Origin: an uncultured virus (IMG/VR IMGVR_UViG_3300033069_001107)
Lineage: Duplodnaviria > Heunggongvirae > Uroviricota > Caudoviricetes
IMG/VR virus record: IMGVR_UViG_3300033069_001107
Location: 54,141 to 74,140 of that record
Reading direction: 5' to 3' (one strand)
Length of the DNA: 20,000 nt
The notes beneath the pieces were generated by a model. That model saw nothing but the letters and a program-made list of their open reading frames with translations. It searched no databases and was not told where the DNA came from. Positions 1-8,084 of the stretch are shown in pieces. Position 1 is the first letter of the stretch. Every line of letters starts with the position of its first letter. Made by a program: the position numbers and the translations under genes.

Positions 1-2
1 TC

Positions 3-251
3 GACTACACGGTCGACTACAACGCGGGGGTGCTGACGATCCACGGGTCTACCACGATCACCCCAAGCCCCGTTGATGTGGAGTACCTCGTGTGCATCCG
101 CCGCAGCGTGACCTATGGGGACCCTCTCGATGCAGGTGAGGGCTACGTCGCCTATGGCGGTAGCGACCCCACGATCGTGCGGGCGCTCGGCCAAGCCCCC
201 ACCACTGCGGGCTTGATCGATCGGGCGGTACAACTTACCTTTGGTCCGTGA
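3..251 (+). CDS. C-terminal end of a putative virion (baseplate/tail) protein, 5'-truncated by the window edge
   Basis: The frame of ORF 30..251 is open back to position 3 (DYTVDYNAGVLTI..., a DYTVDY-x2-G pattern common in phage structural proteins). Its stop overlaps the next start (GTGA at 248-251). Confidence 0.6.
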   Translation, partial: DYTVDYNAGVLTIHGSTTITPSPVDVEYLVCIRRSVTYGDPLDAGEGYVAYGGSDPTIVRALGQAPTTAGLIDRAVQLTFGP

Positions 252-736
252 GGAAACTACGCGTCAGCCGCCGCAACAAGCTCCCCCTCCGTGGTGAGAT
301 CTCGCTCACAATACGGCGTACGGACGGGCCCACCACTCGCTTGACCGTGCGTAACACCATCACCTACGTCGGAATGAACGCCCTCCTGGCGCTCTTCGCG
401 CAGGTCGGTATCACGGCGAGCGACTACGCCCCCAGCAAGCTGGTGCCCGGGACCAACGGGACTCCCCCCACACCCGGCGACATCGCGATGGGCGCCCCGG
501 TGGGCGGTCCGGATCAAGTCACGCTCAACGGCGCCAGCTTCTCCCACAACACAGCGGCGCGCGAGCTGGTGATCACGGGGACCCTCGCGACCACCCAGGC
601 GAACGGGCAGACTCTCGCGGAGGTGGGGCTGGTGTTGGCCAACGGGACCCTCTTCGCTCGCCAAGTACACCCGGCCTTTCTGAAGGACGGAACGATGTCC
701 GTGACCTACACGTGGCGCATCAGCACCACAGCGTGA
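248..736 (+). CDS. Putative baseplate/tail-collar-fibre-like protein (162 aa)
   Basis: Pattern 'NTITYVG...GT.GTPP.PGD.AM...ANG.TLAEVGL....GTLFARQVHPAFLKD.TMSVTYTWRI' resembles small phage tail-fibre-collar/baseplate proteins. GTGA overlap with the upstream gene and high GC3. Confidence 0.7.
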   Translation: MRKLRVSRRNKLPLRGEISLTIRRTDGPTTRLTVRNTITYVGMNALLALFAQVGITASDYAPSKLVPGTNGTPPTPGDIAMGAPVGGPDQVTLNGASFSHNTAARELVITGTLATTQANGQTLAEVGLVLANGTLFARQVHPAFLKDGTMSVTYTWRISTTA

Positions 737-740
737 ACCC

Positions 741-3383
741 ATGAAGAACTACGACCAACAGATCACGTTCCGCCAGGGCGGGGACAGCGGGCAGGCTGAC
801 AACACCTCGATCCAGCCGTACGCGACAGAGCCGTTCGTGCCTGACGTGTCCAACCGCCCTCCCAACAACCTGCGCGCCAGGACCGAGACGCTCCGGCGCG
901 CGCTGGAGGACCTCAACTACCTCGCGGACTACGACCGATCGCTGATCCTGCGCGCGGACAGTGCGTTCACGTTCAGTGAGCCTTCCAGCGGTCAGTACGC
1001 CCTCACGATCGCTTCGGGGAACCTGTGGATCTACCCCGCGCTCACGCCGGGTCGACAGAGCGGCGGGCGCAACGAAGGTGGGCGTGTCTACTGTGCGAAT
1101 GCCTCCGCATCCGGGGCGTGGACCCCGTACTCGGGTACACCTACGGTCGATGATCTCGTCCTGACCGCCCATCGGCAGTACACCGGACAGCGGGGGTACT
1201 TCGATGCGGACAGCCTCACAACCACCGCAGGCGGGCGCTCGCTCGGCGCCAATCGGATCCAGGTCGATCTCATCGCAGATCCTGCGGTGGTGGGCGGTGT
1301 GGGTACGATCACCGCAACGATCACCCAGGCCCCGCGCACCAAGATTCGCATCGTCTACGGCACGCTGACTACCGCAACGACGCTCGCGAACCTCATCGCG
1401 TTCATCAACGGAGACCGCACGTCGCAGGGCGCGTACGGTGTCGCGGACTTCCTGCGTGCGTCTTCCACGGGCACGACGACGAACGTGCCAGTTCCGTTCA
1501 CCGGGGGTGAGGTGCAAGGTGCCTATGACGCCGAGGCACACCAGATCACCAAGGCGCAGATCGATGCGTTCTTCGCGATCCAGGACGGGAGCGGGGCTTA
1601 CGTCAACCGTCTGCGTGAGGGCGAAGGGCTTGCCATCGCGTACCCGATCGGGCTCGTGGATCGGACCAGCGTCGGCCTCAACGGCGGGAAGCGTCAGGCG
1701 CTGTGGGACCTACCCACGGACCGCATCGGTACGCGCAGCCAGAACACGACGCCTGCCTCGGGGTACCTCCTCTTTTCGACGGGACGTGAGCCGGAGAAGA
1801 TCCCGGGCGCGCTGCCGATCGGCAAGGTGATCGAGGGTGAGTTCGTGTTCACCGAGGGGACGCGCCTCGCGGCGGGTGAGACCCTGGAACTGGGCGAGAG
1901 TCGCATTATGCGCAACGCCCTCTCAGCCACGACGAGCGGCGCAGATGGCTCGCGTCGCGTGGGGTACGAAGGCAGCGGCTCGTGGCATTCCGACGCATCC
2001 GCCACCTCGAACCCGAACCTCGCGGCGGGTACGGTCAACGCGGCCCTGAGCGCCATCGTGTCGCAGCTGGCGAACTCGACCACGAACCAGTCTGCCTCTC
2101 GACGCGTCGGCGTCGAGGCAGTCACGGGGACTCCTGCAAGCGGTAACTCAGCGCTCTCGGTGGCATCTGGCTCGCTGCGACAGGCCATCGACAAGCTGCT
2201 GAACGGCCTCGACGGTGCGAGCCAGCTCATCGGCATCAACGGGCGCGTGTCGGAGCTCGGGCACCGGCTGCGCGGGCTGCTCCCGATCCGCAAGGAGTTC
2301 GAAGCGGCAGGCATGCCCAGCGCGGGCGCGGTGATGACGCTCGCCGACCTCCACGCGGCCAGCAACACGCTCTCTGCGACACCGGCTGGTGTGCGCGAAG
2401 AGGCGCACATGGTGATGCAGCCCCTGGCGTTCGACGATGGTGGTGGCGGCTACCTGACCGTCGAAGAGGACATCGAGGATGGCGGTGGCGGAGAGGTGCT
2501 TCTGCCGATTGCCTCCATGTCGAACGCACGCTTCATCAAGGTGGTCGCGTCCTTCCCCGTGGCTTCGGACGGCTTGAGCGGCACCGTGCCGCTGATCTAC
2601 GCCAAGGTCAGCGGACTCACAGGTGCGGCAGACGCAGAGGATGGGTGGTACACCGTCAAGTCGTGCAACACCGGCACGAACAAGGTGACGCTGCTGAACC
2701 TCGATGGCACCAACCCGGATTTCACGGGGATGGACCCGGCGACCATCACGTTCTACTCAGGCGTGATCACCGGCAACGACCGGCGCCACACGCGCTTCCG
2801 CGCCTACCACCACAGCACGGCGAACGCGGCACCCCTGGGTGTGATCGGCGTCGGCGCAGACACGCAGCAGATCCTCGACGTGGTGGTGCCCAACGGCAAC
2901 ACCGGCACGGTGACGCTGCGTGTGAAGCCCAAGAGCATCGCGTTCGAGGGCGTGGAGATGAACGCTGCGAAGGTGGGGGCGATCCAGTCGTTCGCCCTGA
3001 ACGAGGTCGCGCACGACAGTGCTTTGGCGTTGAACTTCACCAGCCCGCGCACGATCGCGGTAGGCGCCGCCGCAGGCGGGAGGACACTCGTTGGGGTGTT
3101 CCTGCACATCAGCGCGACAGTCGTGTCGAACGCCGCAGGTACTGTCGAGTATGAACTGGTGTTGAGCCGCAGCGGTGCCGCAGTGACGACGTTCGCACTG
3201 CGAACGGCCTGGGTGGCTGCGGGAGCCGATGAGGCCCGCACGATCTCGGCTTCGGGTTTCGTACCTCTGAATGGCACGACGAACGTGGTGCTTACGCGCC
3301 TCACCAATACCAATACGAAGCCGGGGCATGCCTCGGCCCGGATTGATATCATCGAAGTGGGGCGCCTCCTCGGCTTCAGCTGA
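741..3383 (+). CDS. Large virion structural protein, probable tail fibre / receptor-binding protein (880 aa)
   Basis: N-terminal 'NRPPNNLRARTETLRRALEDL' resembles tail-fibre anchor helices. G/T/A/S-rich, with two internal SRRVGxE repeats and a beta-rich C-terminus. Last gene of the tail cluster before the terminator. Confidence 0.65.
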   Translation: MKNYDQQITFRQGGDSGQADNTSIQPYATEPFVPDVSNRPPNNLRARTETLRRALEDLNYLADYDRSLILRADSAFTFSEPSSGQYALTIASGNLWIYPALTPGRQSGGRNEGGRVYCANASASGAWTPYSGTPTVDDLVLTAHRQYTGQRGYFDADSLTTTAGGRSLGANRIQVDLIADPAVVGGVGTITATITQAPRTKIRIVYGTLTTATTLANLIAFINGDRTSQGAYGVADFLRASSTGTTTNVPVPFTGGEVQGAYDAEAHQITKAQIDAFFAIQDGSGAYVNRLREGEGLAIAYPIGLVDRTSVGLNGGKRQALWDLPTDRIGTRSQNTTPASGYLLFSTGREPEKIPGALPIGKVIEGEFVFTEGTRLAAGETLELGESRIMRNALSATTSGADGSRRVGYEGSGSWHSDASATSNPNLAAGTVNAALSAIVSQLANSTTNQSASRRVGVEAVTGTPASGNSALSVASGSLRQAIDKLLNGLDGASQLIGINGRVSELGHRLRGLLPIRKEFEAAGMPSAGAVMTLADLHAASNTLSATPAGVREEAHMVMQPLAFDDGGGGYLTVEEDIEDGGGGEVLLPIASMSNARFIKVVASFPVASDGLSGTVPLIYAKVSGLTGAADAEDGWYTVKSCNTGTNKVTLLNLDGTNPDFTGMDPATITFYSGVITGNDRRHTRFRAYHHSTANAAPLGVIGVGADTQQILDVVVPNGNTGTVTLRVKPKSIAFEGVEMNAAKVGAIQSFALNEVAHDSALALNFTSPRTIAVGAAAGGRTLVGVFLHISATVVSNAAGTVEYELVLSRSGAAVTTFALRTAWVAAGADEARTISASGFVPLNGTTNVVLTRLTNTNTKPGHASARIDIIEVGRLLGFS

Positions 3384-3388
3384 CAGCC

Positions 3389-3426
3389 AAAGAAAAGGCC
3401 CAGGGTCCTCACCGGACCCTGGGCCT
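3389..3426 (-). terminator. Intrinsic terminator between the convergent tail-fibre and nrdJ genes
   Basis: Perfect 13-bp inverted repeat AGGCCCAGGGTCC (3396-3408) / GGACCCTGGGCCT (3414-3426) with a 5-nt loop. AAAGAAAA at 3389-3396 gives a U-tract on the - strand. The + strand tail is only C/T-rich, so bidirectionality is uncertain. Confidence 0.85.
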
Positions 3427-3429
3427 CCT

Positions 3430-3456
3430 CTCAGACCTTCCTCAGATCCCTCTCAG
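3430..3456. repeat. Three CTCAG cores at 11-nt period
   Basis: CTCAG at 3430, 3441 and 3452. On the - strand each contains a TGA, the first being the nrdJ stop. Confidence 0.55.
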
Positions 3457-6218
3457 CCGCAGCCGCCGCTCGCTCCGCACGACGGGCACGTGTAGCACGC
3501 CCCCGTACGCACCATGATCGTGCCGCAAACGCGGCAGGCGGGCGAGTCGTTGGACTGCATCGCGGCCTGAGCGCTGGGCGACAGGAGCGTGATGACCTGG
3601 GCACGCTGAGGCACTTCCTCCTCGACCTCCCCCTGCACGTGCTGGAGGTCCGTGCGCTTGAGGTAGTGCACCGCCAGCACGCGCATCACGAGGTCGACGA
3701 TCGAGGTCGATCGGCGGATCGTGTCGTGCTTCTGGACCGTGCCCGAGGGCTCGAAGCGGGTGAAGGTGAACGCCTCGACGAAGGTCGCCAGCGGTACGCC
3801 GTATTGCAAGCCGAGGCTCAGCGCCTTGGCCCACATGCCGACGAGACCGCCCAGGGTCGAGCCCTGCTTGGCGAGGTCCACGAAGACCTCACCGAGGGCG
3901 CCGTCCTCGAACTCCCCCGAGCGGATGTAGATCTTGTGGCCGTCGAGGTTGACGGCCCAGGTCAGCCCGCGACGGACCGTGGGGAGCTTGTGACGCTGGC
4001 CTTCGCGGAGGGGGCGCTCGACGCTGAACTCCTCCAGAGCCTCGACGAGACTCGGGCCCTCGGCCTTTGTCTCCTCCACGCCCTTCGCCTTGGTCGTCAC
4101 AGGCTGGCTGTTCTTGCACCCATCCCGATAGACCGCGAGCGCCTTGATGCCGCTCGACCACGCCTGGAGGTAGTAGCTCCCGATCTCCTCTGCCGTGGTG
4201 TCGTTGGGCAGGTTGACCGTCTTGGAGATGGCGCCGCTGAGGAACGGCTGGACCGCCGCCATCATCGCGAGGTGGCCGTGGGCCGAGATCACGCGACCTC
4301 CCGGCGTCGGTGCGAGGGCGGTGTCGAACACCGGGAGGTGCTTGGGGTCCAGCCCCGGAGCACCCTCCACGGAGCCCGTCTGTTCGAGATGCTGGAGGAT
4401 GCTGGCCACCGCCTCCGGCGCGTACCGCAGCGCCTCCAGCGTCATGCGCGTCAGCGGCGACGCGATGCGCACGTCGCCGCCGCCCGCGAGCTGCTTGTAC
4501 TGCACGTGACTCAGGAGCGGCTCAATCCCCGTGGTCGTACAGTCCATCAGGAAGCTGATGGTTCCCGTCGGCGCGAGGAGCGTGAGCTGTGCGTTGCGCA
4601 GTCCGTAGGTCTGGATGAGGTCCGCCGCCAGATCCCAGGTAAGGTGCCCGCCGCCGTGCAGGTGCTTGGTGTGCTTCTGGAACACGTGCCACACCCCCTC
4701 CTTGTCGGCCTCGTACCCCGCGAACGGCCCCATCCGCGCCGCCAGCTGGGCGCTGGTCAGGAACGCTGCGCCCATCATCGACGCCGTGATGTTCTGGGCG
4801 AACGCGCGGCCCTGGTCGCTGTCGTAGGCCATTCCCCGGATCGCGAGGAGCGCGCCCAGGTTGGCGTAGCCGAGGCCCAGCTGGCGGTACTTGTTGGCAC
4901 CTTCCGCGATGGCCTTGGTGGGGTAGCTGGAGAAGGACACCAGGATGTCCTGGGCGATGATGAACACGCGCGCTGCGGCCTGGAGCTTGTCGTGGTCGAA
5001 GTACCCCTGATCGAGGAACTTCACGAGATTCAGGCTCGCGAGGTTGCACGCGGAGTTGTCCAGGTGGGCGTACTCCGAACAGGGGTTGGTCGCGTTGATC
5101 CGCCCACCGTTCGGGGTGGGGTTCCAGGCGTTGAACGTGTCGTCGAAGTGGATGCCGGGGTCGGCGCAGAACCACGCGGCGTACGCGAGCTTGTCCCACA
5201 GCGCGCGGGCCCTCACCGTCTTGACGACGCGCCCATCGACGCGCGACGTGAGGTTGAACTCCGCGTTGTCCACGACTGCACGCATGAACTTGTCAGACAC
5301 GCGCACCGAGTTGTTGGCGTTCTGACCATCCACGGTCTTGTACGCCTCCCCCTCCATGTCCCCGCTCCATCCGGCCGCGATGAGGTCTCGCGCCTTCTTC
5401 TCCTCCTTCACCTTCCAGTCGATGAACTCCTCGATCTCGGGGTGATCGACATCCAGCACGACCATCTTGGCCGCACGACGGCTGGTGCCGCCCGAGGCCA
5501 CGGAGCCCGCCGCCCGGTCGAACACCGGGAGGAACGACATCAGGCCCGAGGCGCGGCCCCCGGGCGAGAGCTTGGCGTCCTTCTCCCGGAGCTTGGAGAA
5601 GTTTGCGCCCGAACCCGATCCGAACTTGAAGAGGCGCATCTCCGCCTTGACGAAGTCCGCGATCCCTCCCGGCTCGACGAGGGAGTCGTCGATCGTGTGG
5701 ATGAAGCAGGCCGAGCACTGCGGGCGCTTGTAGGCGGCGTCCACCTGCTCGACTTCGCCGTTCTCGTTCACGGCCCAGTTGCCCGGACCTCCGGGGATCT
5801 TGTAGGCGTGCCAGCGGCGCACGTTGAACCAGACCGGGGAGTTGAAGGCGCCGTACTGGTGGATGAGCAGGTAGGCGAGGTCGTTCTCGAAGGCGATGCG
5901 CTCATTCGTGTGCCTGAAGTACCCGAACGTGTGCCCTGCCATGCCGATCGTCTTCACCACGCCTTCGATCATCGCGAAGACGCTGTCCTCCGTAACCGCC
6001 TCGGTGTGGATGAAGTACTTCTGCGCCGCGAAGTTGACGGCGGTGTCAGACCAGAAGTCGGGCGCTTCGACGTTCTCCTGCTTGAAGATGACCTCGCCGT
6101 TCATCCGGGCGATCCGAGCCGTCCGTCGCGTACGGTGGATCGCACTGAAGGGGGAGTCGGTCTTGCAGAAGTAGGGCTCGTAGGTCCAGGACTGTGTCTT
6201 GCTCTTTGTTTCTGTCAT
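3453..6218 (-). CDS. nrdJ: Class II (adenosylcobalamin-dependent) ribonucleotide reductase with fused C-terminal TSCPD-like domain and Zn ribbon (921 aa)
   Basis: Motifs FNSPVWFN, PQCSACFI, RRAAKM, TNPCSEY (finger-loop Cys), APTGTISF, AISKTVNLP, YRDGCK. C-terminal GEVFVD...FEPSG...TSIVD and CRVC-x10-CYTCPSCG...GCG. Start reassigned to ATG 6218 (MTETKSK), which follows an AAGGA RBS and removes the overlap with ruvC. Confidence 0.95.
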   Translation of the reverse strand: MTETKSKTQSWTYEPYFCKTDSPFSAIHRTRRTARIARMNGEVIFKQENVEAPDFWSDTAVNFAAQKYFIHTEAVTEDSVFAMIEGVVKTIGMAGHTFGYFRHTNERIAFENDLAYLLIHQYGAFNSPVWFNVRRWHAYKIPGGPGNWAVNENGEVEQVDAAYKRPQCSACFIHTIDDSLVEPGGIADFVKAEMRLFKFGSGSGANFSKLREKDAKLSPGGRASGLMSFLPVFDRAAGSVASGGTSRRAAKMVVLDVDHPEIEEFIDWKVKEEKKARDLIAAGWSGDMEGEAYKTVDGQNANNSVRVSDKFMRAVVDNAEFNLTSRVDGRVVKTVRARALWDKLAYAAWFCADPGIHFDDTFNAWNPTPNGGRINATNPCSEYAHLDNSACNLASLNLVKFLDQGYFDHDKLQAAARVFIIAQDILVSFSSYPTKAIAEGANKYRQLGLGYANLGALLAIRGMAYDSDQGRAFAQNITASMMGAAFLTSAQLAARMGPFAGYEADKEGVWHVFQKHTKHLHGGGHLTWDLAADLIQTYGLRNAQLTLLAPTGTISFLMDCTTTGIEPLLSHVQYKQLAGGGDVRIASPLTRMTLEALRYAPEAVASILQHLEQTGSVEGAPGLDPKHLPVFDTALAPTPGGRVISAHGHLAMMAAVQPFLSGAISKTVNLPNDTTAEEIGSYYLQAWSSGIKALAVYRDGCKNSQPVTTKAKGVEETKAEGPSLVEALEEFSVERPLREGQRHKLPTVRRGLTWAVNLDGHKIYIRSGEFEDGALGEVFVDLAKQGSTLGGLVGMWAKALSLGLQYGVPLATFVEAFTFTRFEPSGTVQKHDTIRRSTSIVDLVMRVLAVHYLKRTDLQHVQGEVEEEVPQRAQVITLLSPSAQAAMQSNDSPACRVCGTIMVRTGACYTCPSCGASGGCG

Positions 6219-6225
6219 GGGTCCT

Positions 6226-6792
6226 TCAGATGCTGGGTGTGAGGCGCACGCGCGGGGCCCTCTTGGGGGGCGGCGTGCGCAGTTGCTTGAGCACTTCGGC
6301 GGCGTGCCTTGTGCTCGGGAGACACTTTGTTGTGAAGCTGTAAGCAAGGTGCGCGAGGATCGCCGCGTCAGCGGCGTCGTCATCATCTTCGCCAACCTCG
6401 GCGCGTAGCTTCCGTACGGCGTATTGGATCATGTCCGCCTTCTCCGCCGCACCATTGCCAGTGGCGTACTTCTTCAGTGAAGAGGGAGGGACAACGAGGG
6501 CCTCGACGCCGTATCGCTCATGAATGAGTTGCCGGAGCACTCCCGAAGCCTCGCCCATGTCGTACTCTCGATGGGTGCTGGCGAGGCTCGGACCTTCGAT
6601 CGCAGCGGAGTGTGCCTCCGGGAACTCTTGAAGCACCGCCAGGGCTTCCGCGCGGATCTTGCTAAGTCGAGCTGCCCCTCGTATGGTAGATCCTATGCTA
6701 AGGGTGACCGCGCGACGGGGCTCTCCGTCTACCGCTACTGACAGCGCAGGCGCTCGCAAACCCGGATCGACCCCAACCGACACATGAGCCAC
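6226..6792 (-). CDS. ruvC: RuvC-like Holliday junction resolvase (about 188 aa)
   Basis: GVDPG, AAIEG, PSSLKKYATGNGAAEKADM and DDAADA motifs are all present. The likely start is GTG 6792, with GGAG 9 nt upstream (6802-6805). An alternative is GTG 6783. Confidence 0.9.
   Translation of the reverse strand: MAHVSVGVDPGLRAPALSVAVDGEPRRAVTLSIGSTIRGAARLSKIRAEALAVLQEFPEAHSAAIEGPSLASTHREYDMGEASGVLRQLIHERYGVEALVVPPSSLKKYATGNGAAEKADMIQYAVRKLRAEVGEDDDDAADAAILAHLAYSFTTKCLPSTRHAAEVLKQLRTPPPKRAPRVRLTPSI
6659..6687 (+). promoter_or_regulatory. Candidate sigma70-like promoter inside ruvC, facing the + strand block
   Basis: TTGCTA (6659-6664), 17-nt spacer, TATGGT (6682-6687), and a second TATGCT at 6694-6699. 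It lies in a locally AT-rich patch about 100 nt upstream of ATG 6784. Confidence 0.4.
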
Positions 6793-7707
6793 GACGTAAC
6801 ACTCCGGATCAGGCAACAAGGGTACGTTCGCTCGAACGGCTATCAGGCGGTCCAGTGGGCGGTCACTGTGCCGGTGGTCGACCCCATCGGGACTCCGGCC
6901 ATCGCCACCGACCCGGGCAGCTACGCCCCGCTCTACGTGATCGACACCGCTGGAGAGCGCGAGACATTACGGCGTATTGCCACCCTCCAGGACTATCAGG
7001 CGCTCCCCCGCTCCGAGCTGAAGTACTTCGACGTGCGGACGCTGGGTGCTGAAGGGCTCTCATGGTTCACCGATATGCAACTTGGCGACACGTTGCGCAT
7101 CTTGGGACAGCCGCCCCACTGGGTACAGGATCAGGTTCCGTACACCGACTGGGACTTTGTCATTGATGACGTATCGTATCGCACCACAGGCGGGTCACCA
7201 AGCGTTCAAGTCGGAAAGACCATCACGCTGCCTGGGTACACCTTCACACCGGATGACATCGGACGCTGGGTGGAGCTGGTCGGGTTCGCAACCACGCAGT
7301 ACAACGGGTTGACGCAGATCCTGAGCTACACCGGCAACGTCGCCACCGTGGACAAGAACTTCACCACCAATCAGTCTGGGTCAACGTGGCGATTCCCCTG
7401 GGTCCGCGTCCAGGAGGTGTTCTCTGGTCAGGAACCGCGCTACTTCCCTACGCGGATGAAGAACCTGTCCTGGGCTCGCATTCGCGACGGCCTCACCATC
7501 TGCTCTGGCGTGGGCGGCGGCGCTACCTGCCGCGAGACCTCCGGAGCGCTCGTGAGGTCAGTCCGCTACACGGAACTCGCCCCCACACTTGAGGAGGGGC
7601 TTGCTCTCCTCGAATATTCGTACGCCGAAGTCCAGCGCCTCCAGCGCCAAGCTGTCCTCAGCGTCGACAGCTTCCTCCCCCTCACCACGCGAACGGTGGG
7701 CCCGTGA
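6784..7707 (+). CDS. Hypothetical protein, paralogue 1 of a tandem family, with inserted beta-rich domains (307 aa)
   Basis: Long ORF with a GTGA overlap into the next gene. N-terminal LYVID...ETLRRIATLQDYQALP aligns by eye with the two downstream proteins, which supports the start. Confidence 0.8.
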   Translation: MSHDVTLRIRQQGYVRSNGYQAVQWAVTVPVVDPIGTPAIATDPGSYAPLYVIDTAGERETLRRIATLQDYQALPRSELKYFDVRTLGAEGLSWFTDMQLGDTLRILGQPPHWVQDQVPYTDWDFVIDDVSYRTTGGSPSVQVGKTITLPGYTFTPDDIGRWVELVGFATTQYNGLTQILSYTGNVATVDKNFTTNQSGSTWRFPWVRVQEVFSGQEPRYFPTRMKNLSWARIRDGLTICSGVGGGATCRETSGALVRSVRYTELAPTLEEGLALLEYSYAEVQRLQRQAVLSVDSFLPLTTRTVGP

Positions 7708-8084
7708 CCGCACCCTGGGTAGAGATTCGTGAAGCGCGTGATCGGGACGGAGACCTCTACCGCGTCACGCTCACGATCGCGCAAGCACGTGAGATCCCCG
7801 ACTGTCTGTTTGTGCTGGAGCGAGAGACTGACGCGTTCAATCGAGTCGCTTCCGTTCCGGACCTGGAGGTACTGCCGCGCACGAGCGAAGACGCCTTCTC
7901 GCAGCACCAGCCGCGCTACCTGAGCGCGACCGCCACCAAGAGCTTCGAGCGCCCCGGGGCCCTGGTGGAGTTCCTCAGTCACGTCAGGCTGCGTATCACC
8001 GACCTGACCCAGGTGTGGGCGGGTGAGGTCGATCTGGATATCCCCGGGCTGTCCGTGTACACTCTTCCGTCGGAGCCCATGTGA
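7704..8084 (+). CDS. Hypothetical protein, paralogue 2 (minimal domain, 126 aa)
   Basis: GTGA overlaps at both ends. Motif LFVLE...DAFNRVASVPDLEVLP. Confidence 0.8.
   Translation: MTAPWVEIREARDRDGDLYRVTLTIAQAREIPDCLFVLERETDAFNRVASVPDLEVLPRTSEDAFSQHQPRYLSATATKSFERPGALVEFLSHVRLRITDLTQVWAGEVDLDIPGLSVYTLPSEPM

Noticed and set aside
1..24. Direct repeat TCGACTAC x2
   Set aside because: It simply encodes DY-TV-DY in the partial structural gene and is not an array.
3639..6242. 867-aa + strand ORF antisense to nrdJ (similar long antisense ORFs at 8871-10019, 13036-14319, 12549-13166 and others)
   Set aside because: Shadow frames caused by strong GC3 bias in the real genes. They are V/E/R/H-rich with no motifs.
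6219..6395. 59-aa N-terminal extension of NrdJ in the ORF track
   Set aside because: It overlaps the ruvC 3' end in another frame. ATG 6218 has an RBS and gives a normal NrdJ start.
6226..6792. RuvC fold as a Cas12/TnpB or transposase-type nuclease
   Set aside because: Its size and motifs match a stand-alone Holliday junction resolvase, with no Zn ribbon, CRISPR repeats or IS ends nearby.
6960..7000. Possible - strand promoter for ruvC (TAATGT near 6964-6969)
   Set aside because: No credible -35 element at 16-18 nt spacing, so too weak to call.
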